Virus record (IMG/VR): IMGVR_UViG_3300045988_045310
Location: 1 to 60,248 of that record
Length of the DNA: 60,248 bases
Strand: one strand, 5' to 3'
Source of the DNA: a virus
Shown here in pieces: positions 17,632 through 27,564 of the stretch (position 1 is its first letter; each line of letters starts with the position of its first letter). Position numbers and translations under genes: made by a program. The notes beneath the pieces were generated by a model, which was not told the DNA's origin, made no database searches, and saw only the letters and a list, made by a program, of their open reading frames with translations.

Positions 17632-19545
17632 CTACGTCATAAGTGTGACAATTCCAGATGTTGCAGTGAGCAAACCTCCAAGTGATGAAACTCCTGTAAT
17701 AAAATTAACATTATGTCCAGGATAATCAGCAACATTGGCTGTTTGTGTTACCAAAGATACATCTGATACGGTTCCATTTATATAATTTTTTGTGACACTT
17801 AATGTGGCACTTGTCAGTACTGTCTTACTGCCTAATATTTGAGAAGTTGTTGATATGTTTTTTACATATTGTGAATTATATGTTGCTCCATTTCCTACCA
17901 CTAAAATTCCGCTTACACTTACCATTGAAGCATCAATAGTAAGATATTGTCCCAATCCTTTTATAGATCCTGTGCTTTGCAATAGTTCGTTATAAAATTT
18001 AATTTCACCTGATGATACTTCTGTGTAACTTCCGTCTTCCCCTATAGACTTAAAACTACCAGTCATTACTGCGTTTTTAGCTGTTATAGTTCCATCTGCT
18101 GATATGCTACAGTTATCTGCTTCCAATACAAAACGGTTTCCAGAAATACTTACCTGTCCACTTTCAACACTTAACTGAGAACTGACATCACCTTTTGATA
18201 CTTTTAATTTGATTTGGTCTGCCTGCAAAGATATTGCCGCTGCCAATTCTACTTCTGTATCTGTTGCCCTTTTCGCTTCTGCTTCAATTTTTCCTGCATT
18301 TTGCGTAATTTTCGTATCCAATCCGCTCTCTACATCCTTGATCTCAGATCGTGTTTCCTCAACAGTACGTTCTAACTCATTTGTTTTTCCACGGAGTTGA
18401 ATTATACTTTTGTTAATTCCATTTACCTGTTCACTGTACTTTGGAGATTTTCCGCTTGCTGATATGGTGTCTGTCGGTTGTTGGATTCCTTTGTATGTTC
18501 TGCTCAACACATAGCTTTCTATGATTTCTTTAGCCGTATATACATTGACTGCTTCTCCAAGGCTCAAACAAGGATTTCCTATTTTTTCACAGTTATAAGG
18601 TCTATATTTTACAACTTTAATAACCTCATACAGATTTCTTGCAACCGTTTCTAGGGCATCTGCGGTCATTCCATAAACAAGGAAATTATCTTGCAAAATA
18701 TAACTGTTGTCGTTCTCGGTAATCTCTGTATCTGGGTAAACTGCACCAATATCATTTTCTGATTGTCTTATCTGCACTTTTGTAACTTTTTGGCAAACAA
18801 AATCTTCATATTTAACAGTTTTGTATTTTCCACCAGTAACCTTTTCTTTTTCAGAACCTTTTCTAGGGTATAATCCTTTCTGTGGATATAATCCTTTCTG
18901 TGGATATAATCCGGATATTATTTCTTTAAGGAAAACATATTCAAATTTTCCATCATGGTTAATGTGGCCAAAACATCCGTTTATTGAGCAGATTGCTTCC
19001 ATGACCGTCTGGCCAGAAAGTTCGCTTGGTTTGATTGTTTCTTCCACTTCCATGCTGTCATTAGGTAATGTGGTTGCTACTTGCTCAACGCCAAAATGTG
19101 AAAAAAAACTGTCTCTGAACTGCTTTAAGGTCAGAGGAAACTTTAATCCGTTATACCATGAAGATACTTCCGCTTCTCCAATGTCGTATATTGCGTCATA
19201 AGCGGTCACATTTCGGTAACGCTTATCATCTGTTGGTTTATCGGAAATGACACGGTATTTTCCAAAAATAAAAGGTGCGTCAGCATGTCCATTAATCACA
19301 GCAGAAACATTTATCTGTTTCCCAATCATGCTTGTGAACACGTTGGAAATTTTGAATTTTAACTGTGATGCATTGCACTGTCCAAATGTAAGGTAATCAT
19401 CATCACATAGGATTTCTTTTAATTCAAACTGTTCAAAATGGATTTCGCTGTTGGTGATTTTTACAGACTTGTCCTCTGTTTCAATCGTGATTTCCTTTTT
19501 GGATGCGCTTTTATCAAACAAATCCGCATAGGTATAGTTACTCAT
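17632..19545 (-). CDS. tail-tip / minor structural protein (Tal-like, by position and size)
   Basis: 637-aa ORF downstream of the Dit-like gene; contains a coiled-coil segment and a GLYPQK tandem repeat. Confidence 0.55.
   Translation of the reverse strand: MSNYTYADLFDKSASKKEITIETEDKSVKITNSEIHFEQFELKEILCDDDYLTFGQCNASQLKFKISNVFTSMIGKQINVSAVINGHADAPFIFGKYRVISDKPTDDKRYRNVTAYDAIYDIGEAEVSSWYNGLKFPLTLKQFRDSFFSHFGVEQVATTLPNDSMEVEETIKPSELSGQTVMEAICSINGCFGHINHDGKFEYVFLKEIISGLYPQKGLYPQKGLYPRKGSEKEKVTGGKYKTVKYEDFVCQKVTKVQIRQSENDIGAVYPDTEITENDNSYILQDNFLVYGMTADALETVARNLYEVIKVVKYRPYNCEKIGNPCLSLGEAVNVYTAKEIIESYVLSRTYKGIQQPTDTISASGKSPKYSEQVNGINKSIIQLRGKTNELERTVEETRSEIKDVESGLDTKITQNAGKIEAEAKRATDTEVELAAAISLQADQIKLKVSKGDVSSQLSVESGQVSISGNRFVLEADNCSISADGTITAKNAVMTGSFKSIGEDGSYTEVSSGEIKFYNELLQSTGSIKGLGQYLTIDASMVSVSGILVVGNGATYNSQYVKNISTTSQILGSKTVLTSATLSVTKNYINGTVSDVSLVTQTANVADYPGHNVNFITGVSSLGGLLTATSGIVTLMT
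18869..18912. repeat. 18-bp tandem repeat TATAATCCTTTCTGTGGA, 2 full copies plus 8 bp, inside the tail-tip gene
   Basis: encodes GLYPQK GLYPQK GLYPRK on the minus strand. Confidence 0.85.
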
Positions 19546-19960
19546 TCGCTACACCTCCGACAAATGAAAATTCTATCTGATTGTACTTAATCTCCCCATT
19601 ATATGTTCCATAGATCGTAGGCTTTATATCAGCCATATATCCGTATTGCGTGACATATTGACCTAAAAATGGAATGTATGCTGTGATATTACATCCTTGT
19701 TCCGTTGCATCAATAAAGTTGCTTCGTATCCCGGACAGTAACTCTTGCAAATCGTCATCCGTCAGCATCGCAGGTGTGGAAAAATCAACACTTAATGCTT
19801 TTAGCTCCACAGCATTTCTATGTACGTATCCATTTGCATCAGTCCACGGGTCTACATCTTGCATATTTACAGCTGGCTGATAACTTTCAGCGGCTATAAA
19901 TCTTGACTGGTCAATAACGTAATCTCCAATTTTTAAAAGCCATCCTTGATATGCTGACAT
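19538..19960 (-). CDS. putative distal tail protein (Dit-like, by position)
   Basis: 140-aa ORF immediately after the tape measure gene. Confidence 0.45.
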   Translation of the reverse strand: MSAYQGWLLKIGDYVIDQSRFIAAESYQPAVNMQDVDPWTDANGYVHRNAVELKALSVDFSTPAMLTDDDLQELLSGIRSNFIDATEQGCNITAYIPFLGQYVTQYGYMADIKPTIYGTYNGEIKYNQIEFSFVGGVANE

Positions 19961-19981
19961 ACGCTCACCGCCTTATTGCAT

Positions 19982-20014
19982 AAAAATAGACAGCACCCAT
20001 TCAGAGTGCTGTCT
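19982..20014 (-). terminator. intrinsic terminator after the tape measure gene
   Basis: minus strand AGACAGCAC-loop-GTGCTGTCT followed by ATTTTTA. Confidence 0.6.
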
Positions 20015-20017
20015 GTG

Positions 20018-23000
20018 TTAAAATACATATACATTCTTGTGTTTTTGGTTAAATTGCTCTTGACCGTATTGTCTTGCGGCAATTCCAATTTGATCGGTTG
20101 TTATTCCAAACTCTTTTTCAAGGATTCCTTGCAGTAGCTGATTATTCTGTTTCAGAAGTGCAATTTCCTGTTGTGCCGTGGAATTGATAGCATCTTTTAT
20201 TCCAGTGATTTCAACTCCACCGGCAACCGCTGTCTTGCCGCCTACTGTCCCGGCAATCTCCGGTACGCCGTTCTCTCCTGCCATGAACATCGTGTATCGG
20301 CTTGGAACGTAACCGCCAGTTTCAAATCTAGGAATACTTATTTTAGGTATTTGTACTGGCTTGAAGCTTATTCCTATAGCTTCCGATATACCGCTAACCA
20401 AGCCAAAACCATCAATAAAAGCATTTATTCCATCAATAATCAGATTTACGCATCCTTCTGCTATGGATACAAGTCCATTAAACACTCCTTTGAAAATATC
20501 TTTTATTCCGTCCCATGCTTTTCTCCAGTTTCCAGTGAACACACCAGAAACAAAATTTATTAATCCTTTTAATGCTGTTCCAAGATTTTTGATAATATTT
20601 CCTATTGCATTAAATACAGTTTCAAAAGCAGGCTTTAAATCTTCCCACAAATGAGTGACTATGGGAGATAAAACATTATCCCATAAGAAGGTGAATACTT
20701 CTATTACTGGTTTCACTTGTTCTACCACAAAATTCATTTTATCGACTATCGCATCAAAAGCCGCTCCCAAAATACTTCCTAATGCATCTGCTAAAGGCAC
20801 TACTACGTTTTGCCAAAGCACTGTAAGTATGTCCGCAACAATCTGAATCACAGGATTCAAAACATTTCCAAGGAATGTTCCAAGCGGAACAAGCACTCCA
20901 TTCCAAAGATTTTCAAAAGCACTTTGCAATTTCGGAAGCACTTCTTCACCAACATATTTTAATGCCGGATTTAGCATATCCTGCCATATGCTTGTGAATG
21001 CAGTCTTCAAAAATTCTCCTATCGGAGTGAGAACATCCACAAGCCCTGTCCATGCACTCTGCAAATCCGGTATAACCGTTGTTGTTAAAAACTCCATTGC
21101 CGGAGTAAGATTTTCTGCAATAGCAGAAATTGATTCCTTGAAACTCTTTCTAACATCCTCGTTTGTTGCATATACAAGTGCAAGTCCTGCTACAACCGCT
21201 GTTATAGCCGCTGTTGCCGCTACTGCTCCTGCACTAATACCACCAAACAATCCGGTTGCTCCTGCCGCTGCGGCTCCCTCTGCTCCTGTTGCCGCTCCAG
21301 TTCCCAGCAGACTTCCAAGAATTGTTTCTCCGATTCCTGCTCCTGCCTTACCACCCATTGACAAAACAATAGAATCTTTGATTGCTTTCCACAGAATATC
21401 TCCCAAACCAGTGAATTTCAAAAGTCCTATTGCTGTCAGAATCGTGGTTTCAATAGGCGCAGCATCGAAGCTTCCTTTCCATAGGTCGATTGCCGCTGTG
21501 ATTGCAGTTTTTATGAAATTTCCGGCAGATGTAAACACAGCAGTCCAGTCAATACCTGCAAGAAATTGTCCTATGTTTTTCCCAATCTGATACCAATCTA
21601 CAGATGCAATAGCATCGGACATCCAGTTAAATATTCCTGTGACAATACCGGATAAATCTTGTCCTGCTTCGAAGAAATCACCATTGAAAAAATCCTTGAA
21701 CAACTTTTTCACAGGTTCAAGAAGTTTTTCTATCTTATCAGCCCAGCCCATAGCTGTATTCTGCATCTTGTCAAATGCTTCCTGCCATACTTTTTCGTAC
21801 TCCGCAGTAGCATCCATGATTTCTTTGGTAAGGTCAATTCCTGCTCCACCAGCGCCACTTCCGGAACCACTGGATTTTGGTGTGGAAATAACTTTCAATT
21901 TATCAAACGCTCTGATTCCGCTTTGAGCATTTTTTGCGCTTGTTCCCACTTTATCCAGTGCATCTGCCGTATCTTCCAAATCCTCATTGTACCCGGATAC
22001 ACCTTGACCGAATGACGAAAAGTCAATCTTGATTCCCAGTAAATTTGCCACACTGACAAGCAGTCTCTTAATCGCAATTACGACACCGTTAATGACAGGA
22101 AGTACTTTCTGCAATACCGGAATAAATAACTGACCTAAAACCATGCCAGCTTCTTTCACGTTGTTTGTGAACTGGCGAATCATGTTGCTTGGAGAATTGA
22201 TTGTATTCGCCAAGTCTCCCCATGACACCTTGGACTGATCTAAGATTGCCAGTAAGCGCAACTGTTGTTTTTCTGCCTGTGACATTTCGGAGACAGCTTT
22301 TTCAATGCCGTATTTGTAAGCATAAGTCTGTAAAGTGGCATTTGTGATATCAATACCATACTTATACAATGCTCTTGACTGACCGATTAATCCCGACTGC
22401 AAGTTAGTTGCAACCGTGCTGAAATCTACGTTAAACAATGAAGAAATATCTCCGGCAAGCATTGTCATGGACTTTGAAATTGCCGTAGTAACTTCTCCGG
22501 TCTGCCCTAAAGAATTGGTGATAGATGCAAGCTGTGAAGCGTACTGGGTAATCTCCTGTAAATTCAGTCCCAGGTTCTTCATTCCGCTTTCAGAAATCAG
22601 TCCACCGTCTACATCTACTTTCAGACCGGACATTTTACCAAGCAGTTCATTTACACGGTTTCCGAAACTCTGCGCATAATCTTCTGCATTGTCGTAACCG
22701 TATTTTTCGAAGTCCTTGCCCCATTCCTTGCCGACTTTATTGAACGCTACCGTGTAGTAGTTGAATGCTTCGATATAGTCCGTAGTTCCCTCTATGGATT
22801 TCCACAGGCTTTTAATTCCACGGATCACAAGGAAATATGTTGCGTAGAATCTGCCGAAAGCCGCAGCAAGGCTGAATGTGCTCTTCGTGGCTCTTTTTGC
22901 ACTTGCCGTATAAGTGTTCAGATTTCGCACTAAAGAGTTTGCGGCTCTACCGGATGCCGCACCAGTAGATGCCAGTCCTGCCAGTGCATTCGTCATGCGG

Positions 23001-23473
23001 ATAATGTTCTCACTGACATTCGGAGCGGTAGACAGAGTGGTGAATAACTGCTTCAAATTCTTTGCCAGTAAAGGAATGTTCGTAATTGCTCTGCCGGATG
23101 CCACACCGCCAAGTCTTGAAATAGATGATGCTATGCTTGCAATATCCCCTACTCCATCTACTTTAGTTCCTGCCATATCAGCAGAAAAAGTCTTTAACGC
23201 AGAAGAAATTTTGCTTAATCCACTTGTATCTATTTTTCCCATTCTGTTAATGGAATTTGTCAGTGTGGATATATTTTTAATTCCGCTCGTATTTATGGAA
23301 TTTGCGGCATTTGCGATACTCTGTATGCTGTTGGAAATGCTTGTCAGTTTGGACGTATCAATAGACAAGCTTTTTTGAAAATTCGTAAGGCTATTTGCAA
23401 GTTTATTCAGTGCGTTACTTGCGTTATTCGCATCCGCTTTTATTTTAATCTGCAAAGAATCAATATCTGCCAT
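20018..23473 (-). CDS. tail tape measure protein
   Basis: 1151 aa, helical/low-complexity, with central Ala/Gly-rich hydrophobic segments; lies between the chaperone pair and the distal tail genes. Confidence 0.85.
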   Translation of the reverse strand: MADIDSLQIKIKADANNASNALNKLANSLTNFQKSLSIDTSKLTSISNSIQSIANAANSINTSGIKNISTLTNSINRMGKIDTSGLSKISSALKTFSADMAGTKVDGVGDIASIASSISRLGGVASGRAITNIPLLAKNLKQLFTTLSTAPNVSENIIRMTNALAGLASTGAASGRAANSLVRNLNTYTASAKRATKSTFSLAAAFGRFYATYFLVIRGIKSLWKSIEGTTDYIEAFNYYTVAFNKVGKEWGKDFEKYGYDNAEDYAQSFGNRVNELLGKMSGLKVDVDGGLISESGMKNLGLNLQEITQYASQLASITNSLGQTGEVTTAISKSMTMLAGDISSLFNVDFSTVATNLQSGLIGQSRALYKYGIDITNATLQTYAYKYGIEKAVSEMSQAEKQQLRLLAILDQSKVSWGDLANTINSPSNMIRQFTNNVKEAGMVLGQLFIPVLQKVLPVINGVVIAIKRLLVSVANLLGIKIDFSSFGQGVSGYNEDLEDTADALDKVGTSAKNAQSGIRAFDKLKVISTPKSSGSGSGAGGAGIDLTKEIMDATAEYEKVWQEAFDKMQNTAMGWADKIEKLLEPVKKLFKDFFNGDFFEAGQDLSGIVTGIFNWMSDAIASVDWYQIGKNIGQFLAGIDWTAVFTSAGNFIKTAITAAIDLWKGSFDAAPIETTILTAIGLLKFTGLGDILWKAIKDSIVLSMGGKAGAGIGETILGSLLGTGAATGAEGAAAAGATGLFGGISAGAVAATAAITAVVAGLALVYATNEDVRKSFKESISAIAENLTPAMEFLTTTVIPDLQSAWTGLVDVLTPIGEFLKTAFTSIWQDMLNPALKYVGEEVLPKLQSAFENLWNGVLVPLGTFLGNVLNPVIQIVADILTVLWQNVVVPLADALGSILGAAFDAIVDKMNFVVEQVKPVIEVFTFLWDNVLSPIVTHLWEDLKPAFETVFNAIGNIIKNLGTALKGLINFVSGVFTGNWRKAWDGIKDIFKGVFNGLVSIAEGCVNLIIDGINAFIDGFGLVSGISEAIGISFKPVQIPKISIPRFETGGYVPSRYTMFMAGENGVPEIAGTVGGKTAVAGGVEITGIKDAINSTAQQEIALLKQNNQLLQGILEKEFGITTDQIGIAARQYGQEQFNQKHKNVYVF

Positions 23474-23493
23474 ACCGCACCGCCTTTACACAT

Positions 23494-23526
23494 AAAAAGA
23501 ACGGTAAGCTGTGACACCTACCGTTC
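23494..23526 (-). terminator. intrinsic terminator between the endolysin and tape measure genes
   Basis: minus strand GAACGGTA-12 nt-TACCGTTC followed by TTTTT. Confidence 0.65.
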
Positions 23527-23532
23527 CTAAAA

Positions 23533-24408
23533 TTATTTTTTAAGATATTCTCTCGTAACCGCACCGCACTTGTAATCAACCTTGATTCCGACTTTCTTTT
23601 GGAATACTCCGATTGCCGTTGCTGTGTCTTTACCTAAAATTTCGTCAATGTTGCTCTTTCCCTTTGCATTCACCGCAGATAAGCAACCATGATGAATGAG
23701 TGCAAATTGCAACCACCGCACATCATCACCTCTCATGCAAGGAACTGTTTTCTTCAACAGTCTTGTCGGTTCTGTGTAAGGGTTGCTGTACGCTTCCGTA
23801 GTGCCCTGTACGGCTTCTAATTCCTTGTACCATACATTCATGTCCACGTTTCCTACAATGCCGCCTACACGACCTTTAGAAGTATACTGCCAGCCTACCA
23901 TGTTTGGTACTTGCGGTTGATACTTCACATCACACTTTCCGTTATTCTTGCCGTACCGTGCGATCCACATAGGATAACTCACACCGCCATAAGGCTTAAT
24001 GTATGTCTTATAAAAACTTTCCCCAGTGTATACACCGAATGACAATCCTGCATCTGTGATGACCTTGCCATAAGCATTGATTATGGAAATAATATTTTTG
24101 CCAAGACCTTTCATAACGGCATCTTCAACATCAAGATATACTGTCACTTTTCTGCCATTAAGAATAGTAAGCACTCTTCTTGCATCAGATCGTGATTTTG
24201 CAACCGTTGTAATATATCCGTATTCATATACTCCGTGCACATGGACATTGTGCTCTTTACAACCTTTCCAGTTCTCTTCAAACTTCTTGTCCGGGTTCAA
24301 ATCCTTACGGATGACTTTCAGAATAGCGAAATCAATTCCGTTCTGTTTTACCGCCCACCAGTTAATCGTCCCCTGGTATGCGGACACATCAATTCCTTTT
24401 AAACTCAT
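23533..24408 (-). CDS. endolysin: GH25 muramidase plus C-terminal peptidoglycan-binding (PG_binding_1-like) domain
   Basis: GIDVSAYQGTINWWAVKQNGIDFAILKV is the GH25 signature; C-terminal LQFALIHHGC...LGKDTATAIGVFQKKVGI. Confidence 0.8.
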   Translation of the reverse strand: MSLKGIDVSAYQGTINWWAVKQNGIDFAILKVIRKDLNPDKKFEENWKGCKEHNVHVHGVYEYGYITTVAKSRSDARRVLTILNGRKVTVYLDVEDAVMKGLGKNIISIINAYGKVITDAGLSFGVYTGESFYKTYIKPYGGVSYPMWIARYGKNNGKCDVKYQPQVPNMVGWQYTSKGRVGGIVGNVDMNVWYKELEAVQGTTEAYSNPYTEPTRLLKKTVPCMRGDDVRWLQFALIHHGCLSAVNAKGKSNIDEILGKDTATAIGVFQKKVGIKVDYKCGAVTREYLKK

Positions 24409-24420
24409 GCTTGTTTCTCC

Positions 24421-24750
24421 TTAATCCGGACTTTCCGGTAATCCTTGCTCTCTTAATGCTTTAATTCTCTGCTTCATTTCCCATATTGCAATTTCTTCGT
24501 TAGATTCCTTATATTTAGGCTCATTATCATGTGCTATCTTTTCTGAAATAGGCTTTTCAACATAAGTAGCTCTTGCTTTGTCCCCATGTAAGCAATGGTC
24601 TATTGCAACGATTAATGCAGATATTCCATAATCTCCCCACCGTTGCCATGAATTCCTATCTTCTTCCTCTTTTTTGAGTTTATATCCCTTGTAACACCAC
24701 TCTAATTTCTTAGGATTCAGATGTTTGAACTCTTCTATCGAAATTCCCAT
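24421..24750 (-). CDS. gpT-like portion of the tail assembly chaperone, probably made as a G-T fusion by -1 frameshifting
   Basis: lies in the -1 frame relative to 24783..25259; that frame stays open upstream past the G stop to the CAAAAAG site at 24804-24810. Confidence 0.5.
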   Translation of the reverse strand: MGISIEEFKHLNPKKLEWCYKGYKLKKEEEDRNSWQRWGDYGISALIVAIDHCLHGDKARATYVEKPISEKIAHDNEPKYKESNEEIAIWEMKQRIKALREQGLPESPD

Positions 24751-24782
24751 GGAAAAAGCAAATGGAAAATATTCTTCCCATA

Positions 24783-25259
24783 TTATTTTGTGCCAGTCGA
24801 TTTCTTTTTGTGATCCTGTGGCATCTTCGTTACCTTGCTGTCCTCTTTCTCCATCTCTTCCTTGGTCTGCGTCATCATTTCCGTCAGACCCGACAGTTCG
24901 AAAAAACCGTCTTCTTTCATACAGTCTGTCAGTTCTCCATACAGCTTCACAAAAGAAAGACCGTTTGCTTTCATGTATTCTTTCATTAAAGCATTGGATT
25001 CATCCGGTGTAATATCTTCATGGTTTTCAAGAAGTCCTGCATAAAAAGCCGTTTTGCATACATGAGGAAATTCTGCAAGCATATATCCGCTACCATCTAC
25101 AATTTCTTCTGGTGTGGGATTCTGTACATTTTTTGCTTTTTTAGCTACATAGCCACCGGAAAGCATAAGAAACATCTTTTGAATCAAATCCTTGCACTCC
25201 ACAGCACCGAACCCAAACTCTAAAGTATATTCAACATCATTAACTAAAATCTTCTTCAT
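24783..25259 (-). CDS. tail assembly chaperone (gpG-like)
   Basis: 158 aa, acidic, immediately downstream of the major tail gene; start MKKILVND with an AAAGGA RBS. Confidence 0.6.
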   Translation of the reverse strand: MKKILVNDVEYTLEFGFGAVECKDLIQKMFLMLSGGYVAKKAKNVQNPTPEEIVDGSGYMLAEFPHVCKTAFYAGLLENHEDITPDESNALMKEYMKANGLSFVKLYGELTDCMKEDGFFELSGLTEMMTQTKEEMEKEDSKVTKMPQDHKKKSTGTK

Positions 25260-25394
25260 AAAAACATATCCTTTCCCCAACATTTTGTTGGAAAGGAGCC
25301 GCCCGAAGACGGCTCTCTTTTGCTTAAATCAATGGTTCGTCTACCGTTTCGTCAAAGTCAGCCACGGCAGTACTATTTGTTTCTGACTGACTTT

Positions 25395-25892
25395 CTATTT
25401 TTTTGTCAGTGTAATTGCTGTTGGATAACCGTTTTCATCCTCTGTTACTGCAACAGTGTAATTATCTTCAATCCACTTCGGTACAGTAGCCTGTGCAATC
25501 GTAGCAGTTCCGGTCAGATGATCGTCTGTTGCTTCGTCCGGTGCAAAACTTTCCTGACCGATAAATGCGCAAATACCCTCTGAACCTTTTCCGTCAGTTC
25601 CATACAAGATGATAAAATCGAGTTTCTTTCCCTCGTTTGTCACCATTTCATCCTTGTACTTTTTCTCAAATGCTCCTTGCACTTCCATACTGTTAGCTGC
25701 TCTACGACCCATTTCCTGTGTTTCGACCAAATCTTCCAGTGTAGAAGTATCCACCATGTTCTGACTTCCGAACGGAGAAGGAATACTTTTTGCTCTCATG
25801 AGCAGTTTGTAAGTTCCTGCCCAGTACTCACCAGTTGCGGCACTAGAACTAGGTTCTTTATAGGCAATTCTTGATTTTAAACCAGTAGCCAT
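25395..25892 (-). CDS. major tail (tube) protein
   Basis: 165 aa; position upstream of the chaperone pair; GGAGG RBS 5 nt before ATG 25892. Confidence 0.6.
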   Translation of the reverse strand: MATGLKSRIAYKEPSSSAATGEYWAGTYKLLMRAKSIPSPFGSQNMVDTSTLEDLVETQEMGRRAANSMEVQGAFEKKYKDEMVTNEGKKLDFIILYGTDGKGSEGICAFIGQESFAPDEATDDHLTGTATIAQATVPKWIEDNYTVAVTEDENGYPTAITLTKK

Positions 25893-25911
25893 ATTTACCT
25901 CCAAATTTGCA

Positions 25912-25938
25912 TAAAAAAATAGAGCCAGTAGGCTCTGT
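25912..25938 (-). terminator. intrinsic terminator upstream of the major tail gene
   Basis: minus strand AGAGCC-tact-GGCTCT followed by ATTTTTTT. Confidence 0.6.
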
Positions 25939-25944
25939 CAATAG

Positions 25945-26352
25945 TTACAATATATCATCAGCATCTACGTTTCTTTTGAACCGTGCTGTGCTTCTGAATG
26001 TGTTCTGCGAAGTATTGCTAAACTCCGGCATGGAAGTTATCTGAAATCGCAAACGTTTGAAAAGTCCGGCAACAGTAGCCATGATAGCTTCAGCTTCTTC
26101 CTGGCTTTTGTTGGTTATCACATCCACCTGGTACGATGCTGTGATTCCATTGATAGACCGTCTTTCAAGGTCTTGTCCTGTCTCTGTGAACGGCATAGCA
26201 TGAAAGTAAACTGTAGGAAATGTGGGTTCTGACAAATCCTTGCTTTTGTCCGTTACATACGCTTTAGGATGGCTCTGCGGTATTTTCATTTTCAAGTATG
26301 ATGCAATCTTGACTTTGAAATCTGATACCCATTGATATTCATTAACCGCCAT
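25945..26352 (-). CDS. tail completion/terminator-like protein (by position)
   Basis: ORF track 25945..26385; start moved to MAVNEYQW, overlapping the upstream stop. Confidence 0.4.
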   Translation of the reverse strand: MAVNEYQWVSDFKVKIASYLKMKIPQSHPKAYVTDKSKDLSEPTFPTVYFHAMPFTETGQDLERRSINGITASYQVDVITNKSQEEAEAIMATVAGLFKRLRFQITSMPEFSNTSQNTFRSTARFKRNVDADDIL

Positions 26353-26878
26353 TTCCAAACACCACCTTTGCTGTCTGTAATACAATTTTACGAAGTTCTA
26401 TTGCAGTCAGGTACATAAATGGTCTTGAAGGCATTCCTTCGGTGAAGTACCACTTACCATCATCAGCCGGATAAAACCAACCGTATCTACCGTCTGCAAG
26501 TTGCCGTATGGTTTTTCCGCTTGCATATTGCCATGTGACACCTTCGGGTAACTTTCCTTTGTACGGTGATTGTTGTCCGACAATTCCAGTACCAAACTCA
26601 ACAAATGCCGCATGGTCTGTTCCGGCAACAACCGCCCATATTCCACCGCCTTTTACCGAACCAACATATTCAGAGTGGATACTCTGTATCAGTTCGCTAG
26701 TAAAGATAGCGTCAAGGTCTGCAATCTGTACTCTAGCAATCTCTACACCGTTTTCTGCCAACCTTTCAGCCAGTAGCCTACATTTATAGGTCAAGCTGTT
26801 TTCGTAGTCTCTAAGAGCCTTAATAGCGTTCTGTATGGACTTGTCACTGAATAGATTTAGTTCAATCGGTTTTCCCAT
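26342..26878 (-). CDS. HK97 gp10-like neck/tail component
   Basis: ...AAFVEFGTG... motif and a size typical of the HK97 gp10 family. Confidence 0.55.
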   Translation of the reverse strand: MGKPIELNLFSDKSIQNAIKALRDYENSLTYKCRLLAERLAENGVEIARVQIADLDAIFTSELIQSIHSEYVGSVKGGGIWAVVAGTDHAAFVEFGTGIVGQQSPYKGKLPEGVTWQYASGKTIRQLADGRYGWFYPADDGKWYFTEGMPSRPFMYLTAIELRKIVLQTAKVVFGNGG

Positions 26879-26879
26879 A

Positions 26880-27302
26880 TTACTTTACCGTCTTTTGAAG
26901 CAAAAACAAGTCAACGGTAAGTCCTTCATCAGCTACACCTTTTACAACATAGTCCGCTGTCTTATCATCAACCAGTCCATCACTATCTCGCCCCACATCG
27001 GATTTCTTCCAAACAATATCTCCTGCCTTAATCGGCAAATATCCCTTATCGGTCACAATCTGACAATAGGAACTGGAATCATCAATACCAAATTCCTTTA
27101 CCAGTACTTCCGACAGTTTGTTGCTGATATTGGCAGAAAAAAGAACAGGGTCAGAAAATCCGATAGCTTCTCTCAAAACTACCGGAATCTTTTCACCGTC
27201 AAACTCGATATACTTAATGTTTCCATTTTCGTCACGGTCGTAGATTGTGACTTTCTCACCCTGTTTGGAATACTTCATTTTTTGCTTATTTGCTTCAAGC
27301 AT
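26880..27302 (-). CDS. head closure / head-tail adaptor protein (by position)
   Basis: 140-aa ORF between the connector and gp10-like genes. Confidence 0.4.
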   Translation of the reverse strand: MLEANKQKMKYSKQGEKVTIYDRDENGNIKYIEFDGEKIPVVLREAIGFSDPVLFSANISNKLSEVLVKEFGIDDSSSYCQIVTDKGYLPIKAGDIVWKKSDVGRDSDGLVDDKTADYVVKGVADEGLTVDLFLLQKTVK

Positions 27303-27564
27303 CTTTCTTCACCTGCTTGTAAATCTGATTTACACCAGTGCTTGCCAAACCGGAAACAATTCCGACCGCAATCGCATTCAGCACATCATTTGCCGGAAAG
27401 TCGGGAATCACATACATTCCTACTACTCCGAGAATGCCACCGACAATGCCGACAACAACCGGAATGTAATTATCCTTAATAACCGGAATAAGCTTCGCTC
27501 CAATACCGGCAAGATAGCAGATAACCACGATTGCTACGCAAGTTCCTACTTGTGAAAAATCCAT
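27295..27564 (-). CDS. holin-like membrane protein
   Basis: 89 aa with 2-3 predicted TM helices (VAIVVICYLAGIG, VVVGIVGGILGVVGMYV, AIAVGIVSGLA) and a basic C-terminus KQVKKDA. Confidence 0.6.
   Translation of the reverse strand: MDFSQVGTCVAIVVICYLAGIGAKLIPVIKDNYIPVVVGIVGGILGVVGMYVIPDFPANDVLNAIAVGIVSGLASTGVNQIYKQVKKDA

Noticed and set aside
20171-23378. Many 60-200-aa plus-strand ORFs antisense to the tape measure gene, and similar antisense ORFs within other long genes across the window
   Set aside because: They are typical shadow ORFs opposite a long biased-composition gene, with no RBS and no operon logic.
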